A stretch of DNA of 64,000 nucleotides from Auanema rhodensis (taxonomy: Eukaryota > Animalia > Nematoda), in contig OZ059897.1 in the NCBI GenBank assembly GCA_964057225.1, positions 8,990,001-9,054,000 on the forward strand. The letters are read 5' to 3'. The position numbers and the translations under genes were made by a program. Positions 1-14,503 of this stretch are shown here, one piece after another. Under the pieces are notes generated by a model. That model saw only the letters and a list, made by a program, of their open reading frames with translations, ran no database searches and was not told where the DNA came from. How positions within the stretch are numbered: position 1 is the first letter of the stretch; each line of letters starts with the position of its first letter.

Positions 1-199
1 CGCATCAAAGAAAATGGTTACAATATTTTCCGCACCTCACTATTGTGGCCAATTTGACAATTACGCTGCTACAATGACAGTAAGCATTACCAAATTTATG
101 ATGGTCTATATTAAAACTTTTCAGGTGCACGAGGACCTTGTGTGCAACTTTTTCATCTATAAACCTGTGAACAAAGCTGTGAGAGCTACAACTTCATAA
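1..199 (+). CDS. 3' end of a PP1-family Ser/Thr phosphatase, nematode sperm GSP-3/GSP-4 type (5' part lies outside the window)
   Basis: Spliced translation (intron 80-124, gtaagc...ttttcag) reads ..[24 protein letters not shown]|[24 protein letters not shown]. This is the PP1 SAPNYCGEFDN motif in its [11 protein letters not shown] form, which I recall as typical of GSP-3/4. AATAAA follows at about 217 and 261. Confidence 0.88.
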   Translation, partial: ASKKMVTIFSAPHYCGQFDNYAATMTVSITKFMMVYIKTFQVHEDLVCNFFIYKPVNKAVRATTS

Positions 200-478
200 T
201 CAAAATTATGTATCTGAATAAACTGATGAATTCAAAACATTTGTAATTCCTTTTAAAACAAATAAAATAACATCATAGCTCTAAAACCCTTCTACTATGA
301 TTTACTTCACAAGCTCCGCCTATTTTTCTGCGCTCACCGCTTAGCTATGCACCAACTGCAGATAGCTACTTTTTATAGTGGTTATTTTTCAAATTTTCAT
401 AAAATGGGCTATTACTTATTTGATAATTATATATATATATATATATAAATTATGTATAAACCAATTCTTTTAAGGTTA

Positions 479-2114
479 ATGCTTTCCTTCAATCAAACTT
501 TAGGATCTGTAATTAAATGTGGAAAAATTCGAGATTTTAGACAGTTTTCAGCTTGGATTAACAAAGCCAAGTAAGTAGAAACTTTTGTATCTCCAAGAGA
601 CTTGCATTAAGAGCTGATACTGATACTTCAATAACTACAAATATCGATGCAGAAAAACTTTTCATTGATCGAGATGTACAAGCTCTTCTCTCCGACCTCA
701 CAGGCTTAGACTTAGGAGAAAAGGTTGGCATTGCTTTGATTTTTGTATACTAAATTGATATCTAGGTATTCCGTGAAAGAAGAACAGGATATCAACAGAG
801 ATCTCATTTTGCTTTAATGACTGAAGAACGTCTTGAAAAGGTATGCACTTTTGAATGTTATATGTGTAATCAATTTGTTTGAAGACTTTAGAGAAAATGC
901 GTGAAGAAGCTAAGCATTTCTTACAATTTGTACCTTTAAAAGAACCCCGAGATGCCAAAGTTGATATATTGGCTAAAGATTCTGAAATTGAGGGATTTGA
1001 TAAGAGTAAATATGTATTCACAGACATTACTTTCGATGCAACTGATCAGGTATTACATTTATTCTTTTTTTATTGATGTTCTGAATTAGGATCGTACCGT
1101 TGTCGTTCGAGAAGTTGACGGAGTATTACGAACAGCTACACCAGCAGAGCATGATAGAATGAATAGAACTTATTATGAGAAGAGTAATCGTCCCGTTTTC
1201 ACACCTCCTGTGTTTGAGGATCCAAATTTACAGGTTTTCTTTGTTAATAAATCTTAGTTTATATCTCATTTTAGAATGCTTTGAACCGAGATGATCATGA
1301 ATTCGTCCTTGATTGGGCTTGCTGGTTTTATGAACCTGATGATCCAACTTACGTTAGAGTAAGTATTAATGGTTATTGATTTTTCTTAACATTTTATTCA
1401 GCTTTGTCAAGATGTTTTTGATAGAATAGTTGAAACACAGAAGTTTGATGTTCTTCACTCCACAAGGCACTTCGGATCTTTTGTGTTTTATTTGGCTCTG
1501 AATGGAAATATTCCACCTCTTCTTAACCATCTAGGAGGAAAAGGAAGGTTAGAATTTTTTTAAAATAGAAATCGGAACTATTTTGTGATATTAGATTGAG
1601 AGATTGTGCCAATTTGATCCGTCTTCAAAAAACATTACATCCAAATTGGAGAGTTATTATAACCAGCAGCGATTCAGATGAAAAAATTGTGAGAGACTAT
1701 TTGAAAGAGGTTTGATTTTCACTAAATGTTTTTTATTTTTCAACTTTCTTCAGAACAACCGTCATCGTGATCAGTTAAAAGACTTATCTGCTTTCTTGAA
1801 AGATGGCACGGTAAAGGCTGAGAAAAAACCCAAAAAAACAAATTTACACAAGAAGTCAAATCCTAAACAGGCATATATTTTTTCTCTCTGTTTCTTAGCT
1901 ATAATTATATTTAAAGGTATCTGTTAATGCTTCCAATGTTAATTCTACCGATGGACCACTAGGAGAGATGAGCGAGGAATATAAAGTGAAAGTATGTTTC
2001 CCATTCTAATTTTTTCCATTTTATTTCGAATTGTTGCAGATTGTTAAAGATGAAGATGGTTTAAGCAATGAAAAACAAGGACGTGGTGATAATAATAACA
2101 AGAATAAAAAATAA
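479..2114 (+). CDS. mrps-22: Mitochondrial ribosomal protein S22 (multi-exon)
   Basis: Exons joined across short introns give MLSFNQ...EKLFIDRDVQALLSDLTGLDL..VFRERR..LMTEERLEK..KHFLQFVPLKEPR..LAKDSEIEGFDKSKYVFTDITFDATDQDRTVVVREVDGVLRTATPAEHDRMNRTYY..FEDPNL..HEFVLDWACWFYEPDDP..LHSTRHFG, matching the MRP-S22 family. Confidence 0.9.
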
Positions 2115-2326
2115 GGAAGTTTATCGAACTTTTTAGTTTGTATATTGTAGAACTTTGCTCACTAGGTAGGACATTTATGTTTATTATGACTGTTGTTGTT
2201 ATTTTTGTTGATTTTAAGCAAGATTTATTTATCAAATTGTTTTCCTGCGAAATAAGTCATATCTATGATCCATACTTATTTATGTATTTTCATTTTATTT
2301 CACTTTCATACTTAGATCTTAATTGC

Positions 2327-4924
2327 ATGGGGAGAAAGAACATTTCGTCTATTAGGAGGGCCTCAAACAGGGGTGATAAACCTGCTAATTCGGATTATGC
2401 TCCAATGTAAGTTTTTAAACATACTTTTTGTTTCTCTAAATGTTATTGTTTTTAGCGCCAGAAGCTCTGAAAAAAAAGTAGTCCCAACTCCCAGGGAAAG
2501 TTTTAAAAAGCTTTATTCTAATTCCGAAAATGATGAGTCTGTTTGGGTTCCGGGGCCCAATGCTGTTATAAAGGTAAAATTATTGCAATTTGATGTAAAT
2601 ACGTTTAGTTTAGTTTATGGCCTCTCTCCGTCTTTGTTCGGCCATGTGGGGTATCATTGGAGATTGCGATGAGGTAAAACTCTCTTTTTTTTCATTTTTT
2701 GATGATAGTGGTTAGGTATATAACTATTGGGAACCGCTACATTTACTTACATATGGAGAAGGATTTCAAACATGGGAATATTCTCCACTTTATGCCATAA
2801 GGTATGAGTATTTAAACGTAGTTTTTTAAATATAATTTTTTAAATTCTTTATAGATCATATTTATATATTTATTTGCATTACATTCCTGCTAATGTTTTT
2901 GCACAACTCTTTCCAACATCGAAAATTGCTGTCTTTGTCTGTATGAGGTGCATATTGGGTATTATCTGTTTATCTGCCGAGTATATATTATTCCGAGCTA
3001 TTTGCGATAGGTTTATCCGAAGTTTAGTTGTAATTATTCTCATATTTTATTAATTAAGGCTTGGTAATAGCATCGGCAGATTTTTTGTACTACTCTCCAT
3101 CATATCAGCCGGAATGTTCATATCATGGTTGTTTAAAATTTCGTTTATTTTTCATCGTGTTATTTAAAGTACTGCTTTCCTTCCATCTACATTTGCAATG
3201 GTGATGAATATGCTAGCAACAGCATATTTTCTCAGAGAACAATGGTAAAACGTTAAAAATTAAAAAATTATAGAAAATTAATTTTAGGCTGGCAGCTATT
3301 TATTTCACGGCATGTTCAGCTTTAATTGGGTGGCCATTTGCTGCCATGTTAGGTCTACCCATTGTCGTTCACATGGTGTTCATTCGTCCAAAGTGAGTTG
3401 CTTATTACATCAGTTTTACATTAGTTCACTATCTTAGGGAATTAGCTGCTCAGTTCATATACTATTCACTTTTATCTGGGCTTGTCATTTTGTCTTTATT
3501 ATTCACCACTGACACTTATTATTATGGAAAACATGTGCTGGTATTTTTCACGTCTATTTTGTCAAATGTTGATCCGACGTGTTTCAGGCTCCCTTAAATA
3601 TTGTTCTCTATAACGTTTTCTCTGGACATGGTCCTGATCTTTATGGTGTTGAACCATTTTCGTTTTATGTGAAGAATCTTTTACTCAATTGGAACGTTGC
3701 CATTGTTTTTGCAATACTAGGTGTTCCTTTATGCGCAATTGCGTTATACAAAACTAGTAAGAAAAGTCACACAGAAAAGCCTATTCTTGGTCTTTGTAAG
3801 TTTATGATATATATATATAGTTTATGATATATATATTATAGATCCCTCATTTTGGAGAAGCATAGCTCCTGTTTTATTAATGTTTTTGGGCCTCTTTGCT
3901 TGGTGTCTCGTGTTTTTCACGCAACCCCACAAGGAAGAAAGATTCATGTTCCCTATTTATCCTCTCATTGCGGTTTTTGCAGCTATTGGTTTAGATGCTT
4001 CTCAACGGTACTTCCTGACAAGTTGTCAGATTACGTTTGCTGTTTTATTTCAGACTTCTTGCCTCTTTCACACCTAGTTTGAAACAAACGATCTGGCTTA
4101 TTGTATTAATTTTCACTTGCCTGTCTTTGTCTCGAGCATATGCTCTTCAAAATAATTATGGAGCTCATATCGAGGTAAAAATATTTAAATACCTTTTCCT
4201 ATTTTCTGATTTATATACAGGTTTACAAAAGTTTGAACGAACATTTTGCCACTGGAGAAACAAAGAGAGATTTTGGTGGCCGTGTTGTGAGTTGAAATAC
4301 TTTACTGATGTAGCTGATGTATTATTTTAGGATCCCATACGTGTTTGTGTTGGGAAAGAGTGGCACAGATTTCCTTCTTCATTTTTCCTACCTGAAGTTG
4401 TTCAAGACCGAGGAAATCATACTCGAAGTATTTTATATTTTGTTTTGTGGCTTAATTTATCTTATCGTAGGTGTGAAACTATTTTTCTTGAAAAGTGAAT
4501 TCCGTGGGCTTCTTCCAAAGTATTATCCAAAAGGTAAATTACCGGCTATCACTAAAACCATTCCAACGGAAATGAATGATTTGAACCAAGAAGAAACTAG
4601 CAGGTATTATCATATTTTCTGTTGACATTTATTCCTCATTCGCTTTCAGATATGTTTCTTTTGATTCCTGCGAATATCTGGTTGATTTAGAATTGCCAAC
4701 TGAATTCAACACTAAACTAGAACCCAATTACGGCTTGAAAGTAAGTTTAACCTTTGCTTCAATTTTACAATTTTTTACTTCAGACTGATTCTCTTAAAAA
4801 AGTCGCTTGTCATCCTTTCATGATTCAATCTAAGTCTCACTGGCTTTATCGTGCCTTTTATGTACCATTCCTATCATCAAAGTATTTGACATTTGGATCA
4901 TATTGCTTGTACCAAAAGATGTAA
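2327..4924 (+). CDS. algn-9: ALG9 alpha-1,2-mannosyltransferase (GT22), multi-exon
   Basis: Motifs IGDCDEVYNYWEPLH, GEGFQTWEYSPLYAIRSY, TAFLPSTF, GWPFAA, APLNIVLYNV..GPDLYGVEP, QPHKEERFMFPIYP, VCVGKEWHRFPSSFFLP, SEFRGLLP and MNDLNQEE. Confidence 0.95.
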
Positions 4925-5246
4925 CTAAAATTGTATTTTGTTTTTTAAAGCTTTATTAGGTTTGTTATTTTGTTAACTTCTGTTATATTAGAAAGTGATT
5001 AGCTAAAATATAATTTTATTTTTACTTGAAGCTTAATTTATTCTTGTATTTGTACAACATCCTCTGTTTCTAAGTCTGATTTTTATTAGTGCCGGTTAAC
5101 TTCTCACTTGTCTTATCGCTCTTTTATATATTTTTTCCATATAAATTCGGGTTATTTTATGGATTTATCCAATTTGATGAGTTGATTTCTCCATTTACTA
5201 CTGTTTACCATATTCATTTTAATTATTCTTTTTTTTTCAATTAAGA

Positions 5247-8200
5247 ATGTCGGCAGAGGACAGCAGAAATGTTGATGCTGATACTACACAAAGAGATGAA
5301 AAGGATAAAGCTATAGCTAAGGTTGTCTAGTTTTCTATGTGTTTATATTGACTTGTTTACTTAGGTTTGTATGGATAAAGGAGCTATTTTAGTAAGATCA
5401 ACTATTGGAATGCCACGAAGGGGAGGAGAATTTGAATTATGCAATTCCTTTCCTATGTTTAATCAATATATTGAACAACAGAAAGAAAGATTATATAAAA
5501 TGCAAGTTTCTTGAATTCATGTAGTAGTATTAGTTTTCTTGTTTAGATTATCAGAAACATTGAAAGTTGCTGGCTCACCCGTACGACTGCCTAAAGATGC
5601 TACTTTAAATACTTACATTGATTTGATGGTAACGGCAAATGATAATATTGCCGAGAGAGCTGTAAGTTCTAAGGCTGCTTTATATTTCAATGCTTCTATA
5701 ATTAGGGTGTTCTTATGGATGTACTAGAACGAGCTGGTCGTGATGAGGCAGTCAAAGTTCCCAAAGTAATTGTGGGTGCTGAATCAACTAAAAGAGGTTT
5801 TTCTATTATTTGTATGAAATATTAACTTATATTGTTTTTTTCAGCTGAAGGCATGAAAGTACTAAGCACTGACGTTTACTCATCCATTGCTGAACGATTG
5901 AGAGCAGCTCATGAAGAGAAAGAAAGTATTAAGAGTAGAAATTCGGTAATACATGTAGTATCGTAGTTTATCACAATATACTTACTGCAGACACATGTGG
6001 CTAAACCTCAAAAAGAATTTGGCTTTGGCGAATTAATAGATAACTCAAACAAACCCTTCTCATCTAAATTAGTGGTCAAACATAATAGTCGACAACAGAG
6101 GGATTCCGGTATCAAAATTACTGATTGTGATGGAGAAGTGTAATTTTTGTATTAATTTCTTTGTATATACTTTTTGAAATCTTCCAGGTCAAAGTGGGCA
6201 GTTCAATTTTCTGAAGAAGACCATCCTTATCGAGTAGAATTAGAACATTTTGTACCTCCATCACATCAAATGGACTCGAAAGAGTGTGTGGTATGCCTTT
6301 ATTTTTGAGTAATATTTTAAAAATTATCTTTATAGAAGTATAAACCAATTGATGAAACAATTGCGACATACGTAAATACAAATGAAGGATTAGAAAAGTT
6401 GGTAGAAACATTGAATAATGTTAAAGAATTCGCGATGGATGTCGAGGTAACCTATAATCTTGAATAGCCGTTTTTATGCATTCATTTTCTAGCATCACTC
6501 TACTAGATCATATTTGGGTATTTCATGTTTGATTCAAATATCTACAAGAGACACTGATTACATAATTGATCCTTTCCCCATATGGAAAGAAATGCATAAA
6601 TTGAATGAGCCATGTACCAATCCGAATATATTGAAGGTTTTCTTTTTTTAATTTAGTTACGGAAATGTAAACATTATTTAAGGTTCTTCATGGAGCTTCT
6701 TCGGATGTTGAATGGCTGCAAAGAGATTTTGGTATTTATCTAGTCAATATGTTTGATACTTACAATGCTATGCAAAAGTTGGAATTTGCCAAATTCTCCC
6801 TTGCTTATCTTGTTCAAACCTTTTGTAATGTAACTTTAAATAAGCAATACCAAATGTCAGACTGGAGAGTACGGTATGAGTTTGAATATGTAACATATAT
6901 ATTTTTTTGTATTTTAGTCCTATTACTCCTGCACAATTGCAGTATGCTCAAAGTGATACTCATTATCTTTTGTACTGTTATGATCAACTAAGGGAAGATC
7001 TACTTGCCAAGGGTAATTCTATGAAAAATTTACTCACATCTGTTTATAATGATGGTAGAATTACATGCTCTAAGGTAAATAATTTGTTGTTTTATGTATT
7101 TTATGTTGTTGTTCAAGGTGTATTTAAAACCCGATTTCGATGCTCTTGGATATGAAAAATTATTAGGTTCCCGTAGACGATTTAATAGCCAGCAGGTAAA
7201 CTTTTCAGAAGTAAAATTTCATTTTCATTTCTCAAAAATATTTGAAGGTTTATGCTCTTGCCGAACTGTGGAAATGGAGAGATCAAATTGCTAGGCAAGA
7301 AGATGAATCGTCAGCTCACGTTCTTCCGGACCATATGATGTTACACATGGCTGAGGTAGATAAAAGAACATATTCTATAAGTAATCATATAATTTTATTT
7401 TAGAGTCTTCCTAGAGATGTTCAGGGTATTTATGCTTGTTGCAGCCCAATTCCATTGCTTGTCAAGCAATATGGTTTAGATATTCATAGGTTTGTTTTTA
7501 TTAACCTATTTAAAATATTCTTTTTTTTTTACAGAATTATCTATGCTGCCCGTGATAAGCCAATTGAAAAATCTTTTGCTCAGGATAAAGCATCTCGTGG
7601 TGAAGAAGAAAGTATATTGCAGAGTATTATTGACAAACAAAATAGGATGACACATGTGAAATCTGTTCTTAGGTATATCAACTTATTTTGCAATTATCAA
7701 GGAAGATACTCATTTAGATGCAATATTGATTTCACTCATAGTCGATTTGATGAAGAAGTCGGAGTAAATAAAGACTTTTGTAACAATGGTGAAGTTACTG
7801 TTAAACCGGACAGCGATACATTCTTGCATTTCCTGAGTAAAGACACAAATTCTGTGAACCAAGTTCTTCTTGATGATGCTGTAAGAATACATTTATTTTT
7901 TTTAGTTAAGTTTGATGAGTTTAGGTTCGAAATACTGATACACAGAAAAAAGTTCATACTAAGCTCGATGCTTGGGCCTCTCCTTTCGAATTGTATACAC
8001 TAGCCATAAAGGAAGCAGCTAAACGAGAGGTAAGAATAAATTTCCTCGGATTTAATGTTTCATTTAAATTTATTTTTTAGAAGGAGCTTGCTGCTATAAA
8101 GAAAGATACTCCAGACACAACAGCAAAGAAAATGTATTCCCATCATGACCCTGTTATTTCCCGACTTCCTGTTGTACGAGAGCAGGTATACTGTTTTGTA

Positions 8201-8810
8201 AAATAGTTATTAGAAAGTTTTTATAGGATCTTAATGAAGATAATATTGACTTGGCGGATAGATCTGAAGGGGAAAATGATGACGAAGTTAATACTCGCCA
8301 AACTGCTAGCAAGTACACTGATGATCAAATTCTTACCAAAAAAGCACTCAAAAGACAACGTAAAATTGTGAGTTTTTTTAGTGTTCCTTCAATCTCTTCT
8401 TGTTTTTCATTGTTTGAATTAACCTGCTATTGTTTAGAATCGTGAAGGTGCTGATATGAGAACTGATTTGGATCTTCCATTGGAAACTAATGGTTCGGAA
8501 GATGTTGAAAAGCCTAGCTACTCCAAACGAATAAAGAATGATCAAGATGAGGAAGAGGAGAAACGAAATCTTGAACCAGTTGACTACTCTCAGTATGATC
8601 CTTCTATGTTTAGTAAGTGTAATGTACGGTATAGTATTTTTAAATTGATATTCTATAGATCAGAAAAAGTCACGAGGTGATAATACATTCGATCCCTTCA
8701 ATCAGAAATTCCGCTTGGAAAAGAGCAAGAGGAATAATCAAAGAAGGGGAAGAGGTGGTTTTAATAGAATGGGCACAATGTCTACTGGATATAAACCTGA
8801 AAAGAAGTGA
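5247..8810 (+). CDS. crn-3: Exosome component 10 / RRP6 (PMC2NT, DEDDy exonuclease and HRDC domains)
   Basis: Motifs HPYRVELEHF, EFAMDVEHHSTRSYLGISCLIQISTR, KVLHGASSDVEWLQRDFGIYLVNMFDT, QMSDWRVRP and YAQSDTHYLL; HRDC segment WKWRDQIARQEDES..HVLPDHMM; basic C-terminus. Confidence 0.95.
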
Positions 8811-9011
8811 TTTACTCACTTTGGTTCTAGATTACTATGGATTATTGTTGAAAATGGTTAATCTTATATTGTTGTTGTTGTTTTTCGTTGTTTGTTATAA
8901 TTTGTATACCATAAATTTAAGATTCAATACGTTTTCTTAATCGTTTAAGTTGCAACATAGCCTTCATATTTTCTACATTACTACATATTAATGTTAACTT
9001 TTTATCAATAG

Positions 9012-9925
9012 ATGGCCGAAAATGTTCGCGGACAGTTGAGACCTATGAAATGTACTGTAGATTTCCTAGAAAGAGCTGATGGTTCTTGTTCTTATTCACA
9101 AGGTTGTACGACAGTATGGGCTAGTGCTAATGGCCCAGGTGGGTGACAGAACGTTGCCAGTGATAATTAGTTATGGCTATTTAGGGGATGTACATGTTAC
9201 ACGACGAGAAAATGATAGAATGCATATAGATGTTAGCTTCAGAAAAACTGATGGTGATTGTCAGCATCATAAGGTAAACGTTTAAGGTTTTAGTTGTGAA
9301 ATTAAAATGTTACAGCTTAATAACATATTAGAATCTGCAATTTCCAACGTTGTTCATGTTAAGTTATTCCCAAGATGTTGCCTAACAGTAAGTTTTAATT
9401 TAGTTTTGAATTGGTGTTTTTTTGTGATGTTAAGGTTGATTTTGTGTTTTTAAGGTAACGGTGCATAGTTTACAAGTTGACGGAAGTATTGGAGCTGCTG
9501 CTCTTACTGCTGCCGGCCTAGCTATACTAGATAATGGAGTATCCTGCAGGTTCCACAGGATAATAAATTAAATTGAATTATAAAATTTGAATTTAGAGCA
9601 CCTTTCTGCGGTGTTCAAGTAGTTCGTGTGAAAGGAGAGTTAATACTTGATCCTGATCAAAAAGCTGAAACTGCAGCAGATTGTTCGTTTTTGTTCGCTA
9701 TGGAGAAATGTGTTGAGGTATATCGTACTCCGAATTCTCAGGAGCAGACAATTGTTTTAGGGAAAAATAGCTGTGTTATGCTCTGATTGCGTTGGACCTT
9801 TCACTTTAGATGAATATGGAAAAGCTTTAACATTAGCGACTAGTGCTGCTCAAGATATTTTCTCCTTCTATCACGAGACCTTCCAGCAAAAACTTAGTGT
9901 AGGGGGTTTCGTCTCCAAAACATAA
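9012..9925 (+). CDS. crn-5: Exosome core subunit RRP46/EXOSC5 (RNase PH fold), 6 exons; only a fragment appears in the ORF track
   Basis: Spliced translation MAENVRGQLRPMKCTVDFLERADGSCSYSQGCTTVWASANGPGDV..LFPRCCLTVTVHSLQVDGS..GLAILDNGV..GELILDPDQKAE..DIFSFYHETFQQKLS. Confidence 0.88.
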
Positions 9926-12021
9926 CTTGTCTTTCCTTTTATTTGTTGAGTTGTTTTTCCGTGTTGTTGTTTAATGTAAATGTACTTTTGTTCTATTTTT
10001 GAATTTGTCATTGAATTCGAATGGTAAGGGCATTAGAAATCTGTGAGATTAATGTCTTTTTGATTGTATCATTGACGACCTTCCCTACGAGTGCGATGGG
10101 TTTATGATGCCAACGGTAAGCAGCATCAAGACTGACACGAGGAGTAGCATTAACGTTAGCAAAACGAAATATTCACACTCATCATTTTGACTAATGTGTT
10201 CGATTATAAATTGTTTTCTGAGCATGAAATAGGTGATGGAAGGACAAGGGAAGCATCTCGCGCGCTCATAAGTCTACAGTAATCAATCTCAAATGCTTCA
10301 AGTATCAAAAATTATTCTACGATTCTCATTTCCATCCTCCCACTTTTTCTGATTATTATTCCTAAAGAGGGTTCTTTCATTGTCGTCTTCACTGCCCGGT
10401 ACAGTGTGTCAGCCCTTTGGCGGTAGTGCTTTTCTTACTTTTTTTCCTGGAACGACGTCAACGAGTCCATGCTTCTATGAGTCAGGATCGTTCTTCCATG
10501 TTCGAAACCCACAGGCTATTTACCGACATAGAAGATAGCGTATGCAACTTTGTCGGTTCCTTTCAGATATGATCATACTTATGTTTAAAAAAAGTGCTGG
10601 AACGTGTCGCCAAGTCTATAAATATGACGTTAAATCCTAACTTCTTTATTTTTCTTCGAGACTATCAAATTTATGACTACAATTAGAAAAGAATGATGTC
10701 TTTACTTCCATTATTTCATCTATATTTGGAGAGAAAGCTGATTTTATCATTGACTTTAAATGAATTATCTAAATTAACTTTTCTTCTCGTAAAGTTTCCT
10801 CCGAAATACATTTTAATAGTCAATGAATCAATCTTTTGATAGTAACATTGTCATTTGATGTCCTTTCTGCATTAATGGAGTCCATAAAGAGATTAAATTG
10901 ATGAAGTCTAGTTTACAAGACATTCAGCTTATGTATGGTCTTTTCTTTTTTCACCAGCTCTTAAAAATAGTAATAATCACTATATTGAATGATGTTCTTT
11001 ACATTTTCGCTCTCTCTCTCTCTTTTTCTCTTTCTCCCCTTCCCTCTCTCTTTCAGTATATCTCTCTTTCTATGTTTCTCACTATCCCTTTTACTAATCA
11101 TACATATTTTTTTTCTTGGCTGCTAAACCGTTCCTCGGCTTACAGTTTTTGTCATTTCTGTTGATTCAAGTTCTGCTGTTCACCCTTGAAAAACTTGCTT
11201 TTAATCAGAAAGTTTATGAAAAACATTCATAACGTGTGTGCGCATTCTACACAGAATTTCTACAGAGGTACAAAGAAAAACTGCGAGTGATTAAGAGAAA
11301 ACGAGGATGGTTAGAAAGAAGAGAAACTGTCCGGAGTAAAGTAGGCTATGTAAGTTCAAATTAAAATTTATCAAGTGCTAGCATAACAACTATCCAGTTA
11401 ATGTTATGGAATTTGTAAATGATATTGCTTGGCTCGCGGCCAAAAAGCCAGATTAGTCGTCGTGTTCTTTGTCTTTTCCTTCTTCTTTTTCTTAAATGGA
11501 TTCATGCCGAAGGCATATTCATTTAAAGTTTTCCATAAGGAATATGTCGTTTTCCAGCCAGCTAGTCCTACAAATGTATAGTTTGAGATGGATAATCTGA
11601 AAGATGATTCATTTTATATTATTTAACTAGTCCAATGACGTGATTCCAATTGAACACATTTGATTACTGTATGCTATTAAGAATCTCAGGCATTTCTCAA
11701 ATATTCCGAAATATACTTGGCTATATCATCTTTTTTTCATGAACTGTAAAGTTTTTTCCGGAGTGCAGTACAGAATATCGAGGTTCGGCTGCATTCCATT
11801 ATATTTAGAAGACTACTACGTTGTCCACCTTAGGACTTGTCATCCTTGTTTTTCATGTGAACATCTCCACAACTTGAAAAAATATTTTTGATAAAACTAT
11901 GAACCAAAATCTAGTAATTATTCTTCTAGTCATCCATGTTTTGTAAAGTTTCACGTATAGATTGAGCACGTGAGGACGGAATCCACACACTTTTTCTTCC
12001 TAAGCGGGAATTGGATGTTAA

Positions 12022-12025
<4 letters not shown>

Positions 12026-12088
<63 letters not shown>

Positions 12089-12141
12089 CTCTCTCAATCT
12101 CTCAATCTCTCATTCTCTCTCAATCTCTCAATCTCTCTCTC
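12026..12141. repeat. (TC)n microsatellite of about 30 units followed by degenerate CTCTCAAT units
   Basis: Visible directly; it produces the spurious SLSLSL ORFs. Confidence 0.97.
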
Positions 12142-14421
12142 TTTCACTCTTTCTTACAAACATGAACACATATATGTATATACACTCACTCTCTCATCTT
12201 TTCTATCTTCCTCGTTCCAAATTTCTTCACTTGCCTCCTTTTTTACCTCGTTACATTCTTCTACTCTCTCATTTCATCAATTCTCTACCTTGTCATTCCC
12301 CTCTATTCTATTATTTTTATTCTATGATTCCGGACCAGGACCAAGCAACGATGCAAATCCTGACCAACAGTTTGACTGGTTTTTAAGCAAAAAAAGTGGC
12401 TGACTGTAATGAGAATAGTTATAAGAAATTAATTCTTTTTTAAATTTTATATGCGTCATAAGACATGAAAAGCTTTATGAAATTGACAATTACTAATGTA
12501 TTACTACCTATAATAATAGCTGTTCTCATATTTCAATGAATATACTTATCAGGTAACTGCTCAATTTCAAACCCGGAAAAATAATGTGACAACTTATCTT
12601 CAGACCGCCTATGGATGCCATTAGGATGTGTCATTTAATTTGATTGTTTTTGAAACAGCAAAATTTTTAAAATGGCCATAAATACATTCTGTAATTTTGT
12701 TCTATCTTTGACTTCTCCTGTCTGTGTTCTGATGAACTTATGTATGTCTTCAACCCCTAAGTGACGACTTCCCCCTTCTTTCTTTTTCTCTAAATCTCTC
12801 TGATTTATATTAAATTCCTACACTTTTCTGTGTCTCTCCATTTTCTTAGTCTTCATGAATGATCATTAAGGCATTTGATGGCCAACCTAGGCGATGTGCG
12901 GTATGGTATGTGAAGTGATGGTGGGAGAATCCACACCATTAGAAGGAAGATAGAAAGAGAATGGAAATTTGAAGAAGAAGAGATTGCTTGAAAGAGTCGA
13001 GATAGAGCGAGTACATAAGAGACATAGAATGAAAAGAGAAAATGGTAGAGCGGGAATGATAATGATGATGCTTATGAAGAACGTGCTTAAACGATGTTGG
13101 GCACACGGCCAATAATGGTAGGGCTAGTGATAGCAAATGATAAAGAAGATGGTAATTGATTGAATCGCCATCAGAATGCGATAAACTATCAGGCCTAGCA
13201 TCATCATGTCTTTTAGGGTTCTTGTCGTTTGGCTCTCTCGTCGGTTAACTCTCACCTTTCTCTTTTTTCTCTCCCTCTTTTCTCCCCTCGCTCTCTCTCT
13301 CACTTTCCCTCTCTGTTTTCCTCTCCCTCTGTCCTTTTTCTCTCTCTTCAGAAATGTGAATCTGCCTCATCAACACTCCTCTCCTATGTTTTATTAAATA
13401 TCGCTTCAGACGTTTCAAGCGTATAAGGTCAATAATTTTATTTCATTTCTATGATTGTATTGAAATGATGAGATAAATTTTTACTAAACTGTAGCTGAAA
13501 CAGTTAAATGTCATAAGCTTAATTTCTTGTTATCGCATGTATAACTTTCACATTATAAAGACAAGCACATCACAATCACGCATTACATACTATATCTGAA
13601 TGTAATGACTTCGTTCAAAACATAGACAAACAAGTCATCAATAAGCATCCACAATCTCCATACCATCCCTAATGCCTCCCCCCCCCCCCCTCTTCCATTT
13701 CTTTTTCAGAACAGTCATATATCCTATCTCTGGTTCTTTCTGCTTTTTCACCACAGATAAGGAAAGAGATACAGCGCACGCAGATATTCACCGGATGTTC
13801 TCATCGTCATCCTCTCTCAGCTCATTTTTCTTTTCCTATGTCTTTTTCTTTTTGAAAATTTTTTTGTTATTTGCTCTTCTGAATTCATTTCTCATTTCCT
13901 TTTCCGTTTTCTCTTTTCCTTTCTTTTCAACATCTTTATGAATGCCGTTGCGATGAAACTGTTTGCCAGTCAATACTGCAAACGTTTATCAGTTATCTAG
14001 TTATCAATAGAAGTATGCAACTCTACCGTAATTTGATGTTGTTGAAGTACTAGGGAAGCCAACTTATTTTCTCAGCCATCCTTTAGAAGTCTTGTCGTTA
14101 AAAATGATATTTCCTCCATCTAATATACGTTTTGTCATTGTTTCGTATACTACATAGGTAGATAGCCAACTATCTGAAACACAGTGTTGATAGGTAAAAC
14201 AACATAGTCAGACGACGTCGTCTTCTATTTTTCGTTTTTCTATGAGTGGGTCGAAGACGTTGATGAGTCAGCTGGTCAACGATCATCATCACAATCATCA
14301 TCATCGACATTGAAATTGTTATCATCAGAGTAGTCGAACTTTACCTTCAGCTTTATACAATCACACAAAAATATTGGGTAGTTGACTTGTTCAGAAATCG
14401 AATAATTTCCGATATAAACCT

Positions 14422-14424
<3 letters not shown>

Positions 14425-14475
<51 letters not shown>

Positions 14476-14503
14476 ATCTCTCTCTCTCTCTATCTCTATC
14501 TCT
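14425..14503. repeat. (TC)n microsatellite
   Basis: Visible directly. Confidence 0.95.

Larger units (their letters stand above)
479..9925 (+). other. Probable trans-spliced operon: mrps-22 / ALG9 / EXOSC10 / EXOSC5
   Basis: Four co-oriented housekeeping genes separated by only about 200-320 nt stop-to-start. Spacers are U-rich, and an AG acceptor lies 0-11 nt before each ATG (474, 2315, 5245, 9011). Confidence 0.8.

Noticed and set aside
11970-13941. Several 60-140 aa ORFs (SLSLSL- and F/L/S-rich)
   Set aside because: Artefacts of CT microsatellites and stop-poor pyrimidine tracts; no consistent splicing or recognisable domain.
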